This document shows positions 37,119 to 44,664 of a stretch of 64,000 bases of DNA, one piece after another. The notes beneath the pieces were generated by a model. The model was given only the letters and a program-made list of their open reading frames with translations, was not told the origin of the DNA and searched no databases. Within the stretch, counting starts at the first letter, position 1. Every line of letters begins with the position of its first letter. The position numbers were made by a program, and so were the translations under genes. The stretch is from Polyangiales bacterium (GTDB taxonomy: Bacteria > Myxococcota_A > Polyangia > Polyangiales > Polyangiaceae), in NCBI GenBank assembly GCA_038230375.1, contig JBBRNJ010000008.1, positions 1 through 64,000 on the forward strand, written 5' to 3'.

Positions 37119-38993
37119 TCAGTCGCGGGCGCCCGGCCAGCGATGTCGCGCGGCCAGGGCCAGCGGGCTGCCGCGCAGCCTTCGTGCGAGCGCTTCCTCG
37201 CGCTGGCGCGCCGCGCGGATGGCAGGCCACGCGTCCAGGTAAGCGGCAAGGTCTGCCTTGCCGGCCGCGTCGAACGCGTAGCGCGCGATCGCGTCCTTCG
37301 TGGCGCTCCGCACGGCCACTGCTCCGTCGAAGCCACCGAAGCCCTGCGTGGCGACCAGCGCACCGCCGTCCGCGTTGCCAGCGACGGGCTCGCGCGAGAG
37401 GATGAAGTGGTCGGGCAGATCGCCGAGCTCGGGGTCTGCATGGCGCAGCGTTGGAATGCCCATGGTGCGCTCGCCGAGCACGTAGCGGACCGCTTCGCAC
37501 AGAGCCTTGAGGCCGGTCTCGCCCATGGTGTGACCGTCGCCGAGGGACTTCGGCGCGCTCACCGTCATGGCGGGCATCGTCCGCAGCGTGCCGCCATGAG
37601 CTTGCTGGGTCGCGGCGGCCGCCATGCCCGCACGCGCCGTGGAGAGGTCCGTGCGCGAGTTCGTGCGGGTGCCCGTGGCGTGCGCGACCAGGTGCCCGAA
37701 GTCGGCCGCGCCATAGCCGTGCGCCTCGTGCGCCATGCGCAGCGCGTGGATGATTGCGTTCTCTCCACCGAAGCCGACACCCGCGAAATGCCCTTTTCCG
37801 CCGGTCTCGCCGCTCTGTCCCCAGCCCGCGATGATGGAGGTGATGTCGAGCTGGTTCTTCACCGCGAACGCGAGCGTGGTGATCACGATGGCGCTGCCGC
37901 CGTGACCGACGACCGTGCCGTGGGCGTCGGCGTCGAACGGCGCGAGCGAGTCGCGCACGTGGCGTCGCTCTTCCGGCGCGCGCTCCTTGTTCATCGCGTC
38001 GAGCTTGTCCTGGCTCATGAGGGCGCCCACGCCAAAGCCCTCGAGCACACGCGCGTCGCGACGCAGCGACGCATCCGCCGCGACCAGGATCACGAGCTCC
38101 GGCGACACGTGCCCCGGATAGCGGAGCACCATGTTCGCGGCGACGTCGCACAGCGACACGAGCGCGCTGGCACATGCGCCCATGGAGACCAGCGGCGCCT
38201 GAGGCACGCGCGCGAAGTCATCACCGTCGCGACGCAGCCCAGAGAGCAGCGACGGATCGCGCATCACCTTCGACAGGTTGTAGCCCGGCGAGAGCAGCGC
38301 GTTGACGAGCGCCGGCCCGTGCGTCGCGAGCGATGTGGCCAGCCTGTATGCGAGTTTGTCGTTCGCCTTGTCGGCCACGCGTTCGAGCTTTGGCTGCATG
38401 CCGAGCGAGAGCGCATCCAGCGCCTCGAGGCCCGGGAACGCGCAGGCCGCTGCGATGCGGAAGCGGTGCGGCAGCGGCATGAGCTCCGACAGCGGGCGCG
38501 GAAGCGCGGCCAGCGCGGAGAGCCCAGCGAACATGAACAGCTGGCTCTGGAGCGATGGGCCGAGGCGTGGGTCGTCCGAGAAGAGCCCGAACATGTCCTT
38601 GAAGGGACTGTGGCGGATCTCGTCGAAGGTGATGCCGGCCTGACGGCGCAGGCCTGCGTCCTCGAGGTCGTGCGGCAACAGCGCCGCGATGTCGGCGAGC
38701 ACATGCGACGCGACGTGGTCTCGCGACAGCGCGCGAATGCCCATGTTCGCGCAGAGCTTCTCCCCGAAGCGCGCGCGAATGTCGTCCATGGAAAGCACAA
38801 CGCCAGCCGGGTCTTGAAAGACCGGACTGGCCGCATCCCCCGTGATGTCGAGAAGGCCAGCGTCGAACGCGGCGAAGCCGAGAACGTCCGAGCTTCCGCA
38901 CGCGAGCGCGCGGTGCGTCTCGGTGCTGCCCACCGCGGACAAGCTCGCGCCTGTGCCGACGGTGACGAGGACTTGATCGGCGGGAAGCGCCAT
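37119..38993 (-). CDS. Long stand-alone beta-ketoacyl synthase (FabY/FAS-I-KS-like)
   Basis: Cys-His-His triad: GACAS, AHATGT, GHTMG; PFD and QGFGG motifs; 624 aa. Confidence 0.85.
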   Translation of the reverse strand: MALPADQVLVTVGTGASLSAVGSTETHRALACGSSDVLGFAAFDAGLLDITGDAASPVFQDPAGVVLSMDDIRARFGEKLCANMGIRALSRDHVASHVLADIAALLPHDLEDAGLRRQAGITFDEIRHSPFKDMFGLFSDDPRLGPSLQSQLFMFAGLSALAALPRPLSELMPLPHRFRIAAACAFPGLEALDALSLGMQPKLERVADKANDKLAYRLATSLATHGPALVNALLSPGYNLSKVMRDPSLLSGLRRDGDDFARVPQAPLVSMGACASALVSLCDVAANMVLRYPGHVSPELVILVAADASLRRDARVLEGFGVGALMSQDKLDAMNKERAPEERRHVRDSLAPFDADAHGTVVGHGGSAIVITTLAFAVKNQLDITSIIAGWGQSGETGGKGHFAGVGFGGENAIIHALRMAHEAHGYGAADFGHLVAHATGTRTNSRTDLSTARAGMAAAATQQAHGGTLRTMPAMTVSAPKSLGDGHTMGETGLKALCEAVRYVLGERTMGIPTLRHADPELGDLPDHFILSREPVAGNADGGALVATQGFGGFDGAVAVRSATKDAIARYAFDAAGKADLAAYLDAWPAIRAARQREEALARRLRGSPLALAARHRWPGARD

Positions 38994-39039
38994 GATTACG
39001 GCTTACGCCTTATCACGCTCTTGTCACGCGCGCCCGGGG

Positions 39040-39225
39040 TCAGGCCTTGGTTTTCGCCCGAACTTCGCGGCCCTTGTAGTGGCCGCAGGACGCGCACGCG
39101 CGGTGCGGAACGGAGGGCTCACCGCAGTTCGCACAGGCGATCAGCTGGGGAGCGACCACCTTGTCGTGGTTGGCGCGGCGCATGTTGCGCTTGGATCGGG
39201 TCGTTCGTCGCTTGGGGACCGCCAC
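39040..39225 (-). CDS. rpmF: 50S ribosomal protein L32
   Basis: MAVPKRRTTRSKRNMRR, CANCG..PHRACASCGHY. Confidence 0.97.
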   Translation of the reverse strand: MAVPKRRTTRSKRNMRRANHDKVVAPQLIACANCGEPSVPHRACASCGHYKGREVRAKTKA

Positions 39226-39236
39226 GGCGGGGCTCC

Positions 39237-39845
39237 TTACTTACTTGGTTTCTTGGAGGGCTTGTTCGGAGAGCCGTCTTTTTTGGGCGTGGTGATCGAC
39301 TTCTGGTCGAGCACGATGTCCTTGAGGACTGCAAACCTGGGATCCACCGGGCGTTCGCCGGGCAGGTCCGTGGGGCCTTGGGGGGAATGGGCTATACCCG
39401 GGCAATCCTCCGAGCACAAGGGGATCATCGGGATTTCGAGCAAAAGCTCGTCGCGAACGAGGTCGTCCAGGACGACGGTATCGCCATCGTAGGGCAGGGT
39501 GTCGGCCTCATCCGAGGTGAACTCGTACTCGTCCGCGCCGTCTTTCCCGCTGCCGGGCAGCTTCACCGCCGGGACATAGAGCGCCGTGACCTGGTTGTGG
39601 ACGGTGAGCGCGACCGGCTTCGTGCAGCGCGCGCACTCCATGGTCAGGCCTACCGCGAGGTCTCCGTGGGCGACCACGTCCGTGTCGCTCTTGGAGAGCC
39701 GCACATTCAGTGAGCCGTCTTTCCCGTCGGTGGTGGCGTCGGTGCCTTCGAGGATGCCGCGCACCCACGCCGCGCGAACGACGAACTCCTTGGATTTACC
39801 GCCTATGTCGAGATCACTCCCAGGAACTTCGAATTCGTGTGCCAT
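39237..39845 (-). CDS. yceD: DUF177/YceD family protein
   Basis: CARC, PLCSEDCPG, DPRFAVL; directly upstream of rpmF. Confidence 0.92.
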   Translation of the reverse strand: MAHEFEVPGSDLDIGGKSKEFVVRAAWVRGILEGTDATTDGKDGSLNVRLSKSDTDVVAHGDLAVGLTMECARCTKPVALTVHNQVTALYVPAVKLPGSGKDGADEYEFTSDEADTLPYDGDTVVLDDLVRDELLLEIPMIPLCSEDCPGIAHSPQGPTDLPGERPVDPRFAVLKDIVLDQKSITTPKKDGSPNKPSKKPSK

Positions 39846-39938
39846 GCGTGGAACGGCCTTCCTACCAGGCTCGCGGCGGCTCGTGAAGCGCGGGGAGCGG
39901 GGCCGGACGTTGGGGGACGCTGGGGGGGCAGAAGCGGC

Positions 39939-40817
39939 TCAGGGAGCAGATGCTGTCTGGGCGGCAGGACCGGCGGCGCTTCCGGCGCCACCCGCGGTGA
40001 CGGGCTCCGTGATCTGCGCCGGATCGCCGAGGAACTCGAAGTGCATCGTGTCCTGGAGGACGTCGTGTCCGAGCCAGTAGAAGCCGTAGCGCTCGAAGAT
40101 GTCGACCCAGGATTTGGGCATCGCCATGCGCTCGTACACGGTGAGCTTCTTGTTCTTGCAGAGCGGGTGATCGGGCCAGGGCGCGACGCAGCCGCAGCAG
40201 GAGTTCTTGCTGGGCTCGATGTCGAGCGCGATGCCATAGACATGGTTCGAGACCTCGAAGCCGCGGTACGTGTTCGAGAAGCGGATGCCGCCGGCGCTGG
40301 TCGGGTGGTACGCCGCGTCTGCGTGCGACGCCTTGAGCGCGGCCTCCACGCATTTCAGCGCGGGGACAACCTTCTCGTTGATCTGGACGCCGAGCCCCAT
40401 GAAGCTCATGCCCTTCGCGTAGAAGCGCGGCGGGTGCTTGTTCCATGCGGGATTGCCGAAGCCCTCGAAGTAGCCGTACTCCTTCGTGCGGTACTTGATC
40501 GCGTCCTCGAGCATCTTGCGCCCGAGGGCTGGGTCGCCCCTGAACCAGTTGCCGCGGATGAGAAACGGCTGCGCAGCTTGCTCCTTGCAGCGGAGCGTCG
40601 CGCCGTCGGCGGAGGTGATGGTGACTGGAGGATCGGAGGAAGGGGGCGTCTCGGTCGGGGCCGAGGTCGGGGTCGGGGTCGAGGTCGGGGTCGAGGTCGA
40701 GGTCGAGGTCGGGGTCGAGGTCGAGGTCGAGGTCGCGTCCGCTCGGGCTCCTGGGGACAGGGCCGCGATGAGGGCGATTGCTGCCGTCAGGGCGATCAAG
40801 GGGCGACGCGAGGGCAT
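39939..40817 (-). CDS. Secreted M15-family metallopeptidase (D-Ala-D-Ala carboxypeptidase-like) with Thr/Ser linker
   Basis: Signal peptide; SNHVYGIALD (SxHxxGxAxD) and DTMHFE. Confidence 0.85.
   Translation of the reverse strand: MPSRRPLIALTAAIALIAALSPGARADATSTSTSTPTSTSTSTPTSTPTPTSAPTETPPSSDPPVTITSADGATLRCKEQAAQPFLIRGNWFRGDPALGRKMLEDAIKYRTKEYGYFEGFGNPAWNKHPPRFYAKGMSFMGLGVQINEKVVPALKCVEAALKASHADAAYHPTSAGGIRFSNTYRGFEVSNHVYGIALDIEPSKNSCCGCVAPWPDHPLCKNKKLTVYERMAMPKSWVDIFERYGFYWLGHDVLQDTMHFEFLGDPAQITEPVTAGGAGSAAGPAAQTASAP
40661..40734 (-). repeat. Coding GGTCG(A/G) hexamer array encoding TS/TP repeats
   Basis: Encodes TSTSTSTPTSTSTSTPTSTPTPTS. Confidence 0.9.
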
Positions 40818-41113
40818 GAGACCGATCTACCAGACGTGCCCAGGGGCGCCAGTATTCTAAGCTTTCTGACCAGGCAGCCATTCTTCAATGCCCGGCGCGA
40901 AGCAGGCGGAGCACCGGGATGCGGCTGCGAGGATCCGGCGTGTCACTCCCTGAGGATCCACGAACTTGGTATCGCACTGGATGCGGACCCTCGGGCCGCC
41001 GTCGGCGCGTTCGATCACGAAGACCACGACAAACAGTGCAAAAATAGCGTGAGGGTCATGGCACCGTCGTTGCTCGACGCGTGGGCATGCGAGCGGTGGC
41101 GATCGTTGGTACG

Positions 41114-41785
41114 ATGGAGAACGTGGTCACTCTGGCTGACGTCCGTCATCTCCGTCCTGCGAAGGCGATCCGTTTCCCCGCTTCCGATCCGGAGTGGGAG
41201 ATGGGCGAATCAGGACGGCATGGGCGGGTGTGCGAGCTGGTCTATCTGCTGCTGCGGCAGGCGGTGGGGGACGCGCACTGTGTCGGCAAGGACAACTTCG
41301 TCTACTTCGATGCCGGTAACCCGCGGCGAAAGTGCGCGCCTGATGCGTTCGTGAAGCTCGGGGTTCCTCACGCCCTCTTCGACTCCTGGAAGGTGTGGGA
41401 GCACGGCGCGCCGGAGCTCGCGGTCGAGATCCTGAGCCCGAGCGACACGCCCGAGACGCTGACGTGGGACCAGAAGATGGAGCGCTACCTCGCGCTCGGC
41501 GTGCGCGAACTCGTCGCGTTCGACATGGAGTCGCCTCTGGGCCAGAGGCTCCTCGCGTGGGACCGCATCGAGAACGATCTGGTGCCGCGCCTCGTGGAGA
41601 ACGAGCGCACGCCGTGCATCACGCTCGGGCTCCACTGGGTCCTCGTGCCCAGCCGCGCGCCGAGTGGCGAGGAGCTTCCGATCGCCCTTCGCCTGTCGCG
41701 CGACGGTGCGGGGCAGGAGCTGTTCCCAACGTTCGCCGAGGCGGAGATCGCGCGCCTCCGCGAGGAGCTAGCCGAGCGGATCTGA
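41114..41785 (+). CDS. Uma2/DUF820 family putative endonuclease
   Basis: APDAFV, PELAVEILSPS, KMERYLALGVRE. Confidence 0.9.
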   Translation: MENVVTLADVRHLRPAKAIRFPASDPEWEMGESGRHGRVCELVYLLLRQAVGDAHCVGKDNFVYFDAGNPRRKCAPDAFVKLGVPHALFDSWKVWEHGAPELAVEILSPSDTPETLTWDQKMERYLALGVRELVAFDMESPLGQRLLAWDRIENDLVPRLVENERTPCITLGLHWVLVPSRAPSGEELPIALRLSRDGAGQELFPTFAEAEIARLREELAERI

Positions 41786-41788
41786 GCT

Positions 41789-42409
41789 TCAGCGAAGCGT
41801 CGCCAGTGCTCGCAGCGGCAGTGCGGCGATCATGGCGTCGATGTCTGCGCGCGTGGCGTCGCCGTTGAGCACCTCCACGTGGAAGCCGTCGAACAGCATG
41901 ATGTAGCCGCTGCAGCGCTGACCCGTGGGCAGCTCGACGCAGTCGTAGAAGCCGCTGCCCGTGCCCCTTGGCAGGTCGAGGGCGATCTGCGGATACGCGG
42001 CGGACTCGCGAAGGAAGAACTGCGACGGCTCACCGCGCGGCGAGAGCTTGAGGCTCGGGCTTCGCGAGTCCGAGATGGTCACCTCCATCTGCGCGCGCGT
42101 GTCCGCGTACGAGCGACGGATGTAGTAGCTGCCGACCTCGACCGGGCCGCCGATGAATCGTCCGAGCTTGTTCGGAAGCACCCACGCGAGCGCCGCCCCC
42201 GCATCGGGCGCGCGGCTGTCGATGACGGTTCTCTGCGGAGCGGAGCTTGCCGTCGCGCTCGGGGTCGACGCTGCGGCGTCTGCACCTGCTTCCGTCGCGG
42301 ACGAGGCCTCTTCCTTCTTGCACGCGGCGAGGCCGGAAAACGCGCCGAGCGCGCTCGATACGTACAGCGCGCGTAGTGCCTTGCTCGTGAATCGTGAATG
42401 GGGTCTCAT
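41789..42409 (-). CDS. Hypothetical lipoprotein
   Basis: Lipobox LAAC-KK, Ala/Ser linker, C-terminal globular domain. Confidence 0.65.
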   Translation of the reverse strand: MRPHSRFTSKALRALYVSSALGAFSGLAACKKEEASSATEAGADAAASTPSATASSAPQRTVIDSRAPDAGAALAWVLPNKLGRFIGGPVEVGSYYIRRSYADTRAQMEVTISDSRSPSLKLSPRGEPSQFFLRESAAYPQIALDLPRGTGSGFYDCVELPTGQRCSGYIMLFDGFHVEVLNGDATRADIDAMIAALPLRALATLR

Positions 42410-42430
42410 CGCGACATCGGAGGTTTCGAC

Positions 42431-42997
42431 ATGGCGACCATTCGCGTGACCAAGGACGAGCTCGTGATCGAGATGCACGGCATGGACAAGTTCTGGGCCC
42501 TCCGGAGCTCGTTGTCGATCCCCCTCGCGCATGTGACCAAGGTGGAGGTGAGGCCCAAGGACGCCCACGTCTCCAACATGAAGGGCGCGGTGCGCGTGGG
42601 CTCGTACGTACCTGGCTACGTACTCGCCGGCTATTACTACATGTCGAACGGCGTCGGTCCAAACGCGGCTGCCGTGTTTGCGAGCCTCGAGCAGGCCGAG
42701 CATGCGATCTCGGCCTGGCCAGAGGGCGATGCCACACCACGCGAGCCGAGCCACCGCGACAAGGCGCTCGAGCACATCACGCGCGCGAACGAGTCCATGC
42801 GCGCGGCCGCGCAAGCTGCGGGCGTCGACCCCGCCGACAAGGGCCGCGGCTGGGCCTTCTACGAGCTGCACGATCCGGAGAAGACCATCGGGCTCGACAT
42901 CGCGGGCGAGAAGATCCGTCGCGTCGTGATCGAGATCGAGGGACAGACACCCGAGGCCGCATCCCAGGCGATCGAAGCCGCCGTTCGCGGCCGCTGA
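42431..42997 (+). CDS. Hypothetical protein (bacterial PH-like pattern) with internal insertion
   Basis: KFWALRSSLSIPLAHV, GSYVPG, HDPEKTIGLDI; GGAGG RBS. Confidence 0.7.
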   Translation: MATIRVTKDELVIEMHGMDKFWALRSSLSIPLAHVTKVEVRPKDAHVSNMKGAVRVGSYVPGYVLAGYYYMSNGVGPNAAAVFASLEQAEHAISAWPEGDATPREPSHRDKALEHITRANESMRAAAQAAGVDPADKGRGWAFYELHDPEKTIGLDIAGEKIRRVVIEIEGQTPEAASQAIEAAVRGR

Positions 42998-43000
42998 CAG

Positions 43001-44425
43001 GTGCGAAAGGTCGTCGTCATTGGTGGTGGGCCCTCTGGGCTCGCGTGCGCGCATCGCCTCGCGCAGCAGGGCCTCGCGGTCACGGTGCTGGAGGCCGAGG
43101 ACCGGCCCGGCGGCCTCTGCGCCACGCACGAGAAGGACGGATTCCGCTTCGACCTTGGTGGACATCGCTTCATCTCCGGCGACGCCGAGCTGGCGCGGAA
43201 GGTCCGCGCGTGGATGGGGCCGGAGCTGCTCGTGCAGGAACGGCGCAGCGCGGTGCTGCACGACGGACGCTACTTCCAGTATCCGCTGGACGCGCGGGAT
43301 CTCGTGCGCTCTCTTGGCGTCCGCGAGAACGCGCGCGCGGCGCTGGACTACATGAGGCCGCGACTGGCCCGGACCGCGCCCGATCGGGACTTCGAGTCAT
43401 GGGTTCGTCGGCGGTTCGGCGATTACTTGTATGATGCATTCTTCGGCCCGTACACCGAGAAGCTCTGGGGCCGCCCCGCGCGCGAGATCTCCGCGGACTG
43501 GGCGGAGGAGCGCATCGGCCTGCTCCATCTGGGGGATGCGGCGCTGCGTCTGGTTGGCCTGCGCGCCACGCCCATTCGCACGTACGCACGCCGGTACGAG
43601 TACCCGCGCCTCGGCATGGGTCAGCTCTTCGACCGCATCGCACAGGATGCCACGGACCATGGCGCGCGCATCGAGCTCGGCACGCGCGTCACGGGGTTCG
43701 ACCGTGAGGGCCCGCGCATCGTCGGGGTGCACGCGGAGCGCGCGCAGGGGGGACGCGTCACGTTTGCAGCGGACGCCGTCTACGCGACCAGCGCGCTGCC
43801 CGAGATCGCGCGACAGCTTTCCGTGGTGAGCACGGCGCCCACGGAGGTCTCGGCCGCCGCGTCGCGTCTCCGCTTTCGCGGGCTTCGCTTCCTGAACCTG
43901 TGTCTGCGCGGTGAGGGCGTGCAGGCGTACACCTGGGTGTACGTCGCGGATGGCGCGCGACGCATCTCCCGCATCCAGGAGCCAGCGAAGCGGAGCCCCT
44001 TCATGGTGCCGCCTGGGATGGGTTCGTTGATGCTGGAGATCCCGTGCGAGCCTGGCGACGCGCTGTGGAGCATGCCCGACGACGCGCTCCTCGCGCTGGG
44101 CCTTGCCGAGCTCGACGCGCTGGGCCTGGGCGTGCGCGCGCGCGTGGTGTCGTCGTTCACGGTGCGCGTGGAGGCCGGCTACCCCGTCTATCATCTCTCG
44201 CACGAGGCGGACCGCGCGCGCGTGCTCGACCACCTGTGCGGCGTCCCCAACCTGGTCGTGGGCGGGCGACAGGGCCTGTTCCGCTACGTGTTCCTCGACC
44301 GCGCCATGCAGATGGGCGACGACGCGGCGCGCGCCATCGCGTCCGGGCAGATGCGTGCAAACTGCACGGAACGTCCGCGTGTCCGTGCAAGCGTGCCGCT
44401 CGAGGCCGCAGCGCTGCTGGGCTGA
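43001..44425 (+). CDS. FAD-dependent oxidoreductase (protoporphyrinogen oxidase/UDP-galactopyranose mutase-like)
   Basis: GGGPSG, GGLC, FDLGGHRF, YTEKLWG, GRQGLFRY. Confidence 0.85.
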   Translation: MRKVVVIGGGPSGLACAHRLAQQGLAVTVLEAEDRPGGLCATHEKDGFRFDLGGHRFISGDAELARKVRAWMGPELLVQERRSAVLHDGRYFQYPLDARDLVRSLGVRENARAALDYMRPRLARTAPDRDFESWVRRRFGDYLYDAFFGPYTEKLWGRPAREISADWAEERIGLLHLGDAALRLVGLRATPIRTYARRYEYPRLGMGQLFDRIAQDATDHGARIELGTRVTGFDREGPRIVGVHAERAQGGRVTFAADAVYATSALPEIARQLSVVSTAPTEVSAAASRLRFRGLRFLNLCLRGEGVQAYTWVYVADGARRISRIQEPAKRSPFMVPPGMGSLMLEIPCEPGDALWSMPDDALLALGLAELDALGLGVRARVVSSFTVRVEAGYPVYHLSHEADRARVLDHLCGVPNLVVGGRQGLFRYVFLDRAMQMGDDAARAIASGQMRANCTERPRVRASVPLEAAALLG

Positions 44426-44468
44426 GTGAACGCAGGCGGGACTGGATCCGGCCCACGCGGCGGTGCGC

Positions 44469-44633
44469 TCAGAAGTCGAAGTAGACGTTGTCCATCTGAT
44501 AGCTGGTTGGACCGGCAGGCGTGTAGCGGTAGTGCATGCCCGCCGAATGATCGGACCCAGAGAAGGGCGAGCAGCACACCAGGGCCACGGCGAAAGCACC
44601 TCCGACACCCAGCCCCCGCATCACGTCGCGCAT
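44469..44633 (-). CDS. Short lipoprotein-like ORF, possibly an internally deleted remnant
   Basis: Signal-like GLGVGGAFAVALVCC, then about 30 aa ending DNVYFDF. Confidence 0.4.
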   Translation of the reverse strand: MRDVMRGLGVGGAFAVALVCCSPFSGSDHSAGMHYRYTPAGPTSYQMDNVYFDF

Positions 44634-44664
44634 GTCGTCACTGTACCCCAAGGTTCGGAGCAAG

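Noticed and set aside
32669..38993. Type II PKS cluster (two ketosynthases plus ACP)
   Set aside because: The context (rpmF, fabD, fabG, acpP, fabF) is the primary fatty-acid operon, with no chain-length factor or cyclases; the extra KS is reported as FabY-like instead.
40857..41060. Short minus-strand frame (VIERADGGPRVRIQCDTKFVDPQG...) that may be a gene remnant
   Set aside because: About 54 codons, no clear start or recognisable family; cannot be supported.
41114..41785. Uma2 endonuclease as a defence or mobile element
   Set aside because: Uma2/DUF820 genes are commonly expanded in myxobacteria; no terminal repeats or partner genes are seen.
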